DNA of 64,000 bases from an uncultured beta proteobacterium. Its GTDB lineage: Bacteria > Pseudomonadota > Gammaproteobacteria > Burkholderiales > JACQAP01. The notes under the pieces are model-generated. The model ran no database searches and had not been told where the DNA came from. It saw only the letters and a program-made list of their open reading frames with translations. Location: assembly GCA_963695915.1 (NCBI GenBank), contig CAVOIO010000007.1:4479-68478 (forward strand). The letters are read 5' to 3'. Positions 53,264 to 62,611 of the stretch are shown one piece after another (the stretch's first letter is position 1; every line of letters begins with the position of its first letter). A program made the position numbers and the translations under genes.

Positions 53264-54205
53264 TCAGTAGCGGATGCGTGGGTCGAACAAGCGGTAGGAA
53301 AGATCGACCAGCAGGTTGATCAGCACGTACACAGCGGAGAACAGCAGGATTACGCCCTGAATTATCGGGTAATCGCGCCGTAAAATCGCATCGACCGTAA
53401 GCCTTCCGATACCGGGAATTGCGAAAACCGTCTCGGTGACAATCGCGCCGCTGATCAGCAATGCAATGCCGATACCGATCACCGTAATGATGGGCACGCC
53501 GGCATTCTTGAGCGCATGGCGCGTGAGCACGGCACGCGGCGCGAGTCCCTTCGCGTTCGCGGTACGGATGTAGTCCTGCGCGAGTACGTCGAGCATGGTC
53601 GCGCGCGTGATGCGTGCGATGAATGCCATGTAGACCGTGCCGAGCGCAATGCTCGGCAGAATCAGATGTGACAGCCAGGGCCAGAGGCCCTCGCCAAGTG
53701 GTCGGTAGCCCTGCACCGGCAGCCATTCGAGGCGGATCGAGAACAGGCCGATCAGCAGATAGGCCAGCACGAACACCGGCAACGAGAACGCGAGCACCGA
53801 GAAACCCATCACGAGCCGGTCAGTCCAGGTGCCGGCCTTCGCGGCGGCTAATACTCCGACAGGTACCGCGATCAGCACCGCGACGACGAGCGTCAGCAGA
53901 GTCAACGACACGGTCGGCTGCACGCGCTGACGGATCAGCGTGGTCACCGGCAGATTGGTGAAAATCGAGGTGCCGAGGTCGCCGTGCAGCAGCCGCCCGA
54001 CCCAGCCGCCGAACTGCACCAGGAACGGCTCGTTCAGGCCGAGCTTCGCGCGGATGCGCTGGATGTCGTCGGCGGTCGCAACGTCACCGGCGATGACCGC
54101 GGCCGGATCGCCCGGCGTCAGGAACAGCAGCGAGAACACGAACAGCGCGACCACCGCCATGACGATCAGCGTCGCGCCGAGCCGGCGCAGAACATAGACG
54201 ATCAT
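53264..54205 (-). CDS. ABC transporter permease (DppB/OppB-like)
   Basis: 313 aa. Starts MIVYVLRRLGATLIVM.., the typical DppB N-terminus, and has the loop YIRTANAKGL. Confidence 0.85.
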   Translation of the reverse strand: MIVYVLRRLGATLIVMAVVALFVFSLLFLTPGDPAAVIAGDVATADDIQRIRAKLGLNEPFLVQFGGWVGRLLHGDLGTSIFTNLPVTTLIRQRVQPTVSLTLLTLVVAVLIAVPVGVLAAAKAGTWTDRLVMGFSVLAFSLPVFVLAYLLIGLFSIRLEWLPVQGYRPLGEGLWPWLSHLILPSIALGTVYMAFIARITRATMLDVLAQDYIRTANAKGLAPRAVLTRHALKNAGVPIITVIGIGIALLISGAIVTETVFAIPGIGRLTVDAILRRDYPIIQGVILLFSAVYVLINLLVDLSYRLFDPRIRY

Positions 54206-54230
54206 GAGACGCTCCGGGCGGCCGGCACCC

Positions 54231-55805
54231 TCACTTCTTCTCGACGTTCCAGAGGAAAGTCACGGGCGCGATGATCATACCGGACAGGTTCGACCGGTAG
54301 GCCGCGGGCAGGATGAACTGGGCCGTGGTGATGTACGGGACGAAGCGGAAGGCTTCGAGCTGCACGGCATCGGCGGCCTTTTTGCCTGCGGCTGCGTCGC
54401 TGGTGTTGAACCATGCCTGGCGCAGCTCCTCGAGTTTCGGGTCGGCGGGCCAGCCGATCCAGGACTTCTCGCCCAGGTTGGCCATCGCCATGTTGGCCGG
54501 CGAAATCAAGTCGGGCCCGACCCACCAGGTGTGGAAGATCGACCATCCGCCCTTCTCGACCGGCTCTTTCGACGTGCGGCGCGTGATCAGGGTCCCCCAG
54601 TCGCCGGCCTGCAGTTCGACGTTGAGCCCGAGCTTACGCAACAGCTCTGCGGTGATCAGCGACTGCGTGTGCACGATCGGCTGGTCGGTCGCCGAGATGA
54701 TGACGATCTTCTCGCCCTTGTAGCCGGATTCCCGAATCAGCTTCTTGGCTTTGTCGAAGTCGCGCTTGGCCTTCAGCGGTTCGGCGCCGATCTCGGAAGA
54801 CAACGGCGTTCCGCAGGTGAAGAACGAATAGCAAGTGTGGCCGTTCTTCTCGTCGCCCGCGATGCCCAGCACATAATCCTGCTGGTTGACCGCGTAGAGC
54901 AGCGCCTGGCGCAGCTTCTGGTTGTTGAACGGCGACTGCAGGAAATTGAAGCGGATCATGCCGATCGAGCCGAGCGGGTCGATGTTCTCGACGCGAATGT
55001 CCTTGTTCTTGCGCAGAAGCGGGATCAGATCGGGCGGCAACTGCTCCCACCAGTCGGCCTCGCCGGCGATGAGCGCTGCCGCGGCGGTGGCCGAATCCGG
55101 GATGTAGATCCACTCGACGCGATCCAACTTGACCACCTTGCCGCCGGCGGCCCAGGACGGCGCCTCTTTGCGCGGTACATAGTCGGTGTTTTTCACATAC
55201 ACGACCTTGTTGCCGGGCACCCACTCTTCCTTCACGAACTTGAACGGGCCCGAGCCGATCACCTCGGTGATGTTCTGAAACGGATCGGTCCTGGCAATGC
55301 GTTCCGGCATGATGAAGGGCACGTTCGACGAAAGCTTCCCGAGGGCCTGGAGCGTGAGCGCGAACGGCTTCTTGAGCTTGAGCCGAAAAGTCTTGTCGTT
55401 TACTGCAGTCCACGACTCGATTGCCTCGGCGAGTTTTTGTCCTAGCGAATCGCGCTTACCCCAGCGCTCGATCGACGCGATGCAATCGGCCGAACGCACC
55501 GGCTGGCCATCGTGGAACTTGAGCCCGTCGCGCAGCGTGAAGGTGTAGGTGCGCTTGTCGCGCGAAAGCTCCCACTTGTCCACCATCTGCGCCTGGACTT
55601 GAAATTTGGCGTCGGTCGCAAACAGTGTGTCGTATACCATGTACCCGTGGTTGCGCGTGATGTAGGCGGTCGTCGCGATCGGATCCAGGATGCGCAGATC
55701 TGACTGCGGGATGAACTTCAGGACCTTTTCCTGCGCCGCGGCAGAGCCCGCGGCAAACGCGAGGGCCAGCGCAAACGCGCGAAGCGACGCGGAAACGATC
55801 TTCAT
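54231..55805 (-). CDS. Family-5 periplasmic solute-binding protein (peptide/opine/nickel type)
   Basis: Signal peptide from the ATG at 55805 (MKIVSASLRAFALALAFAAGSAAA). The mature protein of about 500 aa is typical of SBP_bac_5. Confidence 0.8.
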   Translation of the reverse strand: MKIVSASLRAFALALAFAAGSAAAQEKVLKFIPQSDLRILDPIATTAYITRNHGYMVYDTLFATDAKFQVQAQMVDKWELSRDKRTYTFTLRDGLKFHDGQPVRSADCIASIERWGKRDSLGQKLAEAIESWTAVNDKTFRLKLKKPFALTLQALGKLSSNVPFIMPERIARTDPFQNITEVIGSGPFKFVKEEWVPGNKVVYVKNTDYVPRKEAPSWAAGGKVVKLDRVEWIYIPDSATAAAALIAGEADWWEQLPPDLIPLLRKNKDIRVENIDPLGSIGMIRFNFLQSPFNNQKLRQALLYAVNQQDYVLGIAGDEKNGHTCYSFFTCGTPLSSEIGAEPLKAKRDFDKAKKLIRESGYKGEKIVIISATDQPIVHTQSLITAELLRKLGLNVELQAGDWGTLITRRTSKEPVEKGGWSIFHTWWVGPDLISPANMAMANLGEKSWIGWPADPKLEELRQAWFNTSDAAAGKKAADAVQLEAFRFVPYITTAQFILPAAYRSNLSGMIIAPVTFLWNVEKK

Positions 55806-55914
55806 GGCGATCTCCCGTACGAGAAACCCATTTTCAAGCTGCACCGGTGCACGAAATCCACTTTATCCTTCCTGTGGACGGTAGATTATAGGCCACGGCA
55901 ATGCACAAGCGGCC

Positions 55915-56262
55915 ATGCGCTTTCGCCAGCTCGCGGGTACCATGTCCGACGGAGAGCAGGCGATGCTGTCGATTGGAAGAGGCTTGATGGCGGCGCCGAA
56001 ACTGTTGATGATCGACGAACCCTCGCTGGGATTGTTGCCGCTTTACGTCAAGGCAAATTTCAACCTCATCCGCGCCATCAGCGAACAAGGTGTGACCGTG
56101 CTCCTGGGGGAGCAGAATGTGAAACAAATGCTGGCGATCGCGCACCGCGGCTACGTGTTGGCGCAAGGCAGGGTGGTCACGGCCGGCGACGCGGATCAGT
56201 TTCGCGGGAACCCCGAAGTGCGCGAAGCGTACTTCGGAAGACAACTGGCCGGAGGAGGATAG
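55915..56262 (+). pseudogene. livF: 5'-truncated remnant of a LivF-type branched-chain amino-acid ABC ATPase
   Basis: Only the C-terminal ~115 aa are present and there is no Walker A. The signature is degenerate (MSDGEQ instead of LSGGEQ). Walker B (LLMIDEPSLGL) and the tail EVREAYFG are retained. Confidence 0.7.
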
Positions 56263-56266
56263 ATTC

Positions 56267-57396
56267 GTGGCAGCGCACGTCGATGCGGTCGAACTGACGA
56301 AACAGATGGTCCGCATGAACACCATAAACCCGCCGGGCGATGAAGAACATTGCGCGCGGCACCTTGGCGTGCTGCTGGAGAACGCCGGCTTCAAGGTGAC
56401 GTATCACCAGTTGTCGTCGAAACGCGCCAGCCTGGTGGCGACCATCGGCGGCTCCAGCGACAAGACGCCGCTGTGCTTCACCGGCCACATCGATACCGTG
56501 CCGCTTGGCGCAGCGAAATGGAAAATGGATCCGTTCGCTGCGGACACCGATGCAGGCAAACTTTACGGACGCGGCACCAGCGACATGAAGTCGGGTGTGG
56601 CGGCATTCGTGACGGCCTGTGTGAACCTGTCCGGCAAACTGGAACGCTCGCCGGGACTGGAACTGGTGATCACCGCCGGCGAGGAAACGGGCTGCCAGGG
56701 AGCATTTCATCTCTCGCAGAAGAGCGGTGCGCTCGGGCGCGCGGGCGCGGTGGTGGTGGGCGAGCCGTCATCGAATTATCCGTTCGTCGGCCACAAGGGC
56801 GCGTTCTGGCTCAACGCCCGCACCAGAGGGGTTACCGCGCACGGTTCGATGCCGGAGAAAGGCGTCAACGCGGTATTCAAGGCGGCGCGCGCGGTTGCGG
56901 TACTGGAGAAATTCCGTTTCTCCAATCCGCCGCACGCGCTGATGGGCCAGGCGACGCTCAATGTCGGAACCATCCGCGGCGGGCTCAACATCAATTCGGT
57001 GCCGGACGAAGCCGTGATCGGCATCGACATCCGCACTGTTCCCAACGTCAGGCACGCGCGGCTCAAGGCCGAGCTCGAGCGACAACTGGGAACGGACGTC
57101 GAGCTCGAAACGCTGCTCGATCTGGAAAGCGTTTTCACCGCGCCCGAGGATCCCTGGATTCAGGAGGTGTTCGAGGTGATGCGCCCCATCCTCGGCAGCG
57201 GCCTGAGCCGCGGGCGGCGACATACTTCACCGATGCCGCGGCACTCAATCTTGTCTACGGCACCCCGCCAACCATTATTCTCGGGCCGGGCGAAGCGCTG
57301 CTGGCGCACCAGACCGACGAGTATTGCGTAGTCGAGCGCGTTGCCGAGTCGGTTGCCGCATACGAGGAGATCGCGCGCCGCTGGTGCAATATCTAG
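56267..57396 (+). pseudogene. M20 family metallopeptidase (ArgE/DapE/ACY1 type) with one -1 frameshift near 57197-57203
   Basis: Contains GHIDTVP, GRGTSDMKSG and GEETG metal-site motifs. The C-terminus (..PEPRAATYFTDAAAL..GPGEALLAHQTDEYC..) continues in the -1 frame. Total length is 3n+2. Confidence 0.8.
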
Positions 57397-57417
57397 CGGC
57401 ACGTCGGCCGATCAGCG

Positions 57418-58683
57418 ATGTCTTCGGATTCATTCTCGGCCAGTAATCCGGCGGAGCGGATTGCGACGCTGCTCGATCCCGGTTCGTTCCGGGCGACCGC
57501 GCGCGATGCGCGCTGCGCCTTGACTGCCGGCACCGGCACGGTCGGCGGTACTGGCGTAGCGATCGCGGCGACCGACCACGACATCGCCGGCGGCTCGTTC
57601 GGTGTGGTGGAGTCGCAGGCGCTGTCGGCGTTGTTTCAGCAATGCCGGAACGACGGCGTGCCGGTGATCCTGTGTCTGGATTCGGCCGGCGCGCGGCTTG
57701 ACGAAGGCCTGCCTGCGCTCGGCGCGTTCCGCCAGCTCTATCGCCACTTTCTCGATCTCAGGCTTGCCGGAGTGTCGACGCTCGCGGTTCTGGGGCGCGA
57801 CTGCTTTGGCGGTGCCAGCATGCTGGCGGCGACCTGTGGACGGCGCGTGTATTCGGCAGCCTCGCGCCTGGCGATGTCGGGACCGGCAGTGATCCAGGCC
57901 CTCGGCGGACGACAGGAACTCGACGCCGAAGACACGCAGGCGGTCACGGCTTTGATGGGAGGCGCGGCGCGCGTACGCCTGCAGCCGACGGATCGCCTGT
58001 GTGCGGACAGACCGGCCAATTTTCGCCAGGCGGTGCTGGACTGGATGGCGCAGCGCGATGAGGAATCCCAACTCGACTTGCGCAAACAACACAACGAACT
58101 CGGCACTCGGCTGCTCGAGCGCGGAATGGCGCCCTCGCCGCTGTCGAATGCCGAGTTGGCGCCGCCAGCCGCGTTGCTGCAAGTGGTGCAGCCGGGTTTT
58201 CAGGCACGCACCATCGACGGCGTGCTGATCGGCAGGACCACAAAGACCTCGCCCGATACGTTCTTCGGTCTGGTAAGCGGCGAGCCGGTGGGGGCGCTGG
58301 CTCTGTGGACGCTCGCGGGCGCGTGTCTCTCGGCCGCGGATTCGCGTCCCGGGGAGGCGGTCATGCTGTTGCTCGACGCCCCCGGACAGGCACCCACTCT
58401 TCGCGACGAACGTATTATGCTTTCCCAGTACGTCTCCCATCTCGCTCTAGTCCTCTCACATCTCCGGGTACGCGGGCACCGGGTTACGTTGCAGCTTCTG
58501 GGCGAGGCGGCGGGCGGGATTTATGTGGCACTGGCAGCCCCGGCAACCCGTGTAGTGGCACTGCCGGGCGCAAACGTGCAGATGTTGCCGCCGGCAGCCA
58601 TGGCGCGCGTGATCGGCCGCAACAGTGTGCGGGGCGACGTGGACGACTATTTGCGCGCGGGTGTGGTCGACACGATTGTGTGA
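57418..58683 (+). CDS. Fused carboxyltransferase resembling malonate decarboxylase beta (MdcD) and gamma (MdcE) subunits
   Basis: The N-half (LLDPGSFR..IAGGSFGVVES..VILCLDSAGARLDEG..CFGGASM..RLAMSGPAVI) is MdcD/AccD-like. The C-half (LLLDAPGQA..GHRVTLQLLGEAAGGIYVAL) is MdcE-like. Assignment comes from recalled motifs only. Confidence 0.6.
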   Translation: MSSDSFSASNPAERIATLLDPGSFRATARDARCALTAGTGTVGGTGVAIAATDHDIAGGSFGVVESQALSALFQQCRNDGVPVILCLDSAGARLDEGLPALGAFRQLYRHFLDLRLAGVSTLAVLGRDCFGGASMLAATCGRRVYSAASRLAMSGPAVIQALGGRQELDAEDTQAVTALMGGAARVRLQPTDRLCADRPANFRQAVLDWMAQRDEESQLDLRKQHNELGTRLLERGMAPSPLSNAELAPPAALLQVVQPGFQARTIDGVLIGRTTKTSPDTFFGLVSGEPVGALALWTLAGACLSAADSRPGEAVMLLLDAPGQAPTLRDERIMLSQYVSHLALVLSHLRVRGHRVTLQLLGEAAGGIYVALAAPATRVVALPGANVQMLPPAAMARVIGRNSVRGDVDDYLRAGVVDTIV

Positions 58684-60186
58684 TGAACGCAAATTTCTAC
58701 GCCGCAATCGAGGCCGCAAACCGCGATCGGCGGCGATACGATTTTCTTGAAACGGAAACCGGCAGGACATTCACCTACGTCGATCTGGCGCGCGAATCGG
58801 CGCGCTATGCGAACCTGTTGACCGGCCTCGGCGCAATACGCGGCGACCGCGTCGCGGTGCAGATAGAGAAATCCCCCGCGTCGCTGTTCCTGTATCTGGG
58901 CTGTCTGCGCGCCGGCCTGGTCTATCTGCCGCTGAATATTGCATACCAGCGCGGCGAGTTGTCGTACTTTCTCGGTGATGCCGAACCCGTCGTGATCGTA
59001 TGCCAGCCGCAGATGGCCGCGCTTGATGCAGGAACTGTGCGGCGGCCGTTCGCAGGTCTTCACCCTGGACGAGGATGGTGGCGGCACTTGGGGACGCGTC
59101 GCTACTGCGGTTGCGCCGATTTCGAAACCGACGGAAATGCAGCCCGACGATTCCGCGGTCATCGTCTACACTTCGGGAACGACCGGACGCTCCAAGGGCG
59201 CGATGGTCACGCACCGCAACCTCTGCGTCCAACGCCCGCGTACTGGTGGACTTCTGGAAGTTCGGCGAACAGCGATGTGCTGCTGCACGCGCTGCCGATG
59301 TTTCACGTGCATGGTTTGTTCGTCGCCAACCACTGCGCGCTGCTGTCCGGCGCGAAGCTGCTGTGGCATGGGCAATTCGACGTGAATCTGGTCATGCGCG
59401 ACCTCGCGCGCGCCAGCGTGATGATGGGCGTGCCGACCTTCTACACGCGACTGTTGAATGAACCGGGCTTCACGCGTGCGTTGTGCAACAACGTCAGGCT
59501 GTTCGTGTCCGGTTCGGCGCCGCTACAGATGGAGACCTTCAAGGACTTCGAAGTGCGTACCGGCAAGACCATACTGGAGCGCTACGGCATGTCCGAGGCC
59601 GGCATGATCAGTTCCAATCCCCTCGCCGGTGAGCGCCGCGGCGGCACGGTCGGCTTCCCGCTGCCGGGAATATCGGTGCGAATCGCGGATGAGCGCGACC
59701 GGCCGGTGGCAACCGGAGTCATAGGCGCGATTCAGGTCAAGGGCGAGAATGTGTTTGCCGGATACTGGCGCATGCCGGAAAAGACCCGGGAGGAATTCAC
59801 CGCGGACGGATACTTCCGCACCGGCGACGTTGGCGTGTTCGACCGCGACGGTTATCTTTCCATCGTCGGGCGCGCCAAGGACTTGATCATCAGCGGCGGT
59901 TACAACGTCTATCCGCGGGAAATCGAGCTGGTGCTCGACGCGCATTCCCGGCGTGGCGGAGTCGGCGGTGATCGGCGTGCCGCATGGTGATTTCGGTGAG
60001 GCGGTCACCGCAGTCGTTGTCGCGCAAAAGGACGCCAGTCTCGATTCCGCCGCCGTTATCGGCGCGGTGAAAAGTGCGCTTGCCAATTACAAGGTCCCGA
60101 AAGCGGTCCACTTCGTCGACGACCTGCCGCGCAATGCGATGGGCAAGGTGCAGAAAGCCTTGCTGCGCGAGCGCTACGGTAAATGA
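58683..60186 (+). pseudogene. matB: Malonyl-CoA synthetase (MatB-type acyl-CoA ligase) carrying four +1 frameshifts
   Basis: Strong resemblance to Rhizobium MatB ([74 protein letters not shown]). The conserved blocks switch frame near 59020, 59228, 59272 and 59945. Length is 3n+1. Confidence 0.85.
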
Positions 60187-60358
60187 CCTTTTCAGCACAA
60201 GACCGCAGGCCCGATAGTTTGTGTTAAGGGCAGGCGCAGTGCCAACCCCGAAGATCGACGCGGGATAGGCGTTGCCGCGACGCAGTTCGAACTTTGTCCC
60301 ATCTGCGCGTCAGCCAAATGGCATAATCCGCGCATCTGACAATCTTACAGAGGCGCCC

Positions 60359-60677
60359 ATGCTTTTGAGCAATCTCGAGATCGTGCCGGGACATCGCATC
60401 GTCAAGCATCTCGGTCTGGTACAGGGAAGCACCGTCCGGTCCAAGCACCTCGGCAAAGACATCATGGCCGGACTCAAGAACATCGTCGGCGGCGAACTCA
60501 AGGGCTATACCGAACTTGCTGCAGGAAGCACGCCAGGAGGCGACGGAGCGCATGATCAAGCAGGCGCAGGCTATCGGCGCTAACGCGGTCCTCAATATCC
60601 GTTTCTCGACATCGTCGATCACGCAAGGCGCGGCGGAGATGCTGGCCTACGGCACGGCGGTCGTCCTCGCCGAATAG
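60359..60677 (+). pseudogene. YbjQ/UPF0145 family protein with a +1 frameshift near 60517-60520
   Basis: The N-part MLLSNLEIVPGHRIVKHLGLVQG..IVGGELKGYTEL continues in the next frame as LQEARQEATERMIKQAQAIGANAVLNIRF..AYGTAVVLAE. Length is 3n+1. Confidence 0.75.
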
Positions 60678-60679
60678 CA

Positions 60680-61122
60680 ATGACCGACCTGATCATCTTT
60701 CTGGCCCTGCTGGTGTCCGGCTATACCGTGGGCCGGATTGCCGAGCGCCGCCATTACCGCTCCATCTTGCGCGCGAGAAGGACATGGCGAATGTCATGGT
60801 ATTCACCAACCGGTTTCCGCCCATGACCCAGCGGGCAAGCCAGGCGCTGGTTACAGGCAGCGTCGTCGTATCGGAAGATTATTTCAAGCGCGTCGTGTCC
60901 GGACTGCAGAGCCTGTTCGGCGGCAGGCTGCGCGCCTACGAGTCGCTGCTGGATCGCGCGCGGCGCGAGGCGGTGCTGCGCATGAAGCAGGAAGCCCGCG
61001 ACAAGGGCGCCAAAATGATCATCAACGTCAAGTTCCAGACCTTCTCCATTCCGGGCCGGAATCCGAGGAGCTTTGGCGCGGTGGAGGTCATGGCCTACGG
61101 TACCGCCCTGACGCCTCGCTGA
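60680..61122 (+). pseudogene. Membrane-anchored YbjQ/UPF0145 family protein with a -1 frameshift near 60768-60775
   Basis: N-terminal TM (MTDLIIFLALLVSGYTVGRIAERRHYRSIL), then the YbjQ domain (..VTGSVVVSEDYFK..FGGRL..GAKMIINVKF..AYGTAL) in the -1 frame. Length is 3n+2. Confidence 0.7.
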
Positions 61123-61230
61123 GCGGGCTCGCGCTGCTTCGAGTGGAGTACCACAATCCCCAGCCTCCCGGAAGGCATCAATGTAAGTCAGACCCACCCG
61201 CTGCTCGATTTCCTGCGCCTGCTCGGCGGA

Positions 61231-61993
61231 TTGCTGGTGATTGCCGCAATCGTATTCGCCGCGCTGGCCCTGCTGGCAGACAAGCTGGCCAAATACATTC
61301 CCTTCGAAAGGGAACTCGAGATCTCCTCGCGGTTTGCCGCCGACTTTCCCGCGGCCGGCCCCATGAGCACCTACCTGCAAGAGCTGGCCGATCGTGTTGT
61401 TGCCGCGCAGGAACTGCCCGCGGGCATGCGCATCAGGGTGCAATACGTGGACAATTCGACGGTCAATGCTTTTGCGACGCTTGGCGGCAACGTCGTCTTC
61501 TTTCGCGGGCTGGTCGCCAAGATGCCCAGCGAAAACGCCCTGGCGATGGTTATCAGCCACGAGATCGCGCATGTGAAACTGCGCCATCCGATTTCGACCT
61601 TCGGCCGCGGACTCGCAATCGGCATCGTGGTAGCAATGGTGTCCGCGGGCTCCGGCAGCGATATCGTCGGTCGATCGCTCGGCAATGCCGGCTTGCTCAC
61701 TGCACTGACCTTCAGCCGCTCCCAGGAAAGCGCGGCAGACGCCGACGCCCTGCGTACGCTAGCCAGGATGTACGGCCACGTCGCCGGTGCCGACGAGGTG
61801 TTCACGTTGCTGCAGAAGGAAAGCGCTCACGGCATCGGAAATCTCCCGGCGGTATTGCGAACCCATCCGCTCGACCGGGACCGCATCGACGCTATCGCAC
61901 GGATTGCCGCCGCCAACGGCTGGCCGATGCAAGGACCGACCGAGCCCCTTGCCCGAGGCGATCCGCCGGCTTGCGGAGAAATCGAAGGAATAG
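61231..61993 (+). pseudogene. M48 family zinc metalloprotease; start uncertain and a +1 shift near 61944-61948
   Basis: HEIAHVKLRH zinc motif and the downstream ESAADADAL. After ..GPTEP the natural-looking end LPEAIRRLAEKSKE-stop lies in the +1 frame, ending 6 nt before the next gene. The track ORF instead runs on to 62187. No in-frame ATG lies upstream of 61231. Confidence 0.65.
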
Positions 61994-61999
61994 CGCTGG

Positions 62000-62608
62000 A
62001 TGGGGAACTTCGACCGGGCATCCGAAAGCATCAGCACCGAAGGGTGGCTGACACTGCCGGATTTCGTCGATCCGGAAACGATTGCGGCGTTACGCGACGA
62101 ATGTCGCCAGCTCGCCGCAACCGGAATGTTTCACGAGGCGGCAGTCGGCAACAATGCAAACCACAAGATCCGGCCGGATATCCGTAGTGACGAGATTCTC
62201 TGGCTGGAAGCCGCACAGGGCAATGACGGGCGGCAACGCTGCCTGAGCCGGTTCGAACAACTACGCCTGGCGTTGAACCGCAGACTTACAACTGGGCTTG
62301 TTCGAGTTCGAATGCCACTTTCTCGCGCTATGCACCCGGCGCGTACTATCGGAAACATTTCGACCGGTTTCGCGGCGATGCGACGCCGCACTTTCCTGTG
62401 CGTTCTCTATTTGAATGAAGACTGGACACACGAGGATGGCGGCGCACTGCGGCTTCATCTGGGTGACGGGGAGAACGCGGACATTTCGGACGTGCTCCCG
62501 ATCGGCGGCACACTGGTGCCGTTCCTGAGCGAGCGCTTTGCGCACGAAGTGCTGCCCGCAAAACGGGAACGGCTCAGCCTCACCGGCTGGTTCAAGTCCA
62601 GAGGATGA
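62000..62608 (+). CDS. 2OG-Fe(II) oxygenase (prolyl-4-hydroxylase-like); the ORF is open, but about 62280-62390 is read out of frame (three +1 shifts)
   Basis: The conserved DLQLGLFEFECHF and SRYAPGAYYRKHFDRFRGDAT (HxD iron site) lie in the two other frames. The flanking ..CVLYLNEDW..GGAL.. and FAHEVLP..RLSLTGWF are in the ORF frame. Confidence 0.7.
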   Translation: MGNFDRASESISTEGWLTLPDFVDPETIAALRDECRQLAATGMFHEAAVGNNANHKIRPDIRSDEILWLEAAQGNDGRQRCLSRFEQLRLALNRRLTTGLVRVRMPLSRAMHPARTIGNISTGFAAMRRRTFLCVLYLNEDWTHEDGGALRLHLGDGENADISDVLPIGGTLVPFLSERFAHEVLPAKRERLSLTGWFKSRG

Positions 62609-62611
62609 TCT

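Noticed and set aside
60738-62051. 437-aa plus-strand ORF spanning the TM-YbjQ and M48 genes
   Set aside because: It is an extremely Arg/Gly/Pro-rich wrong-frame read-through. The real domain motifs (YbjQ, HEIAH) lie in other frames.
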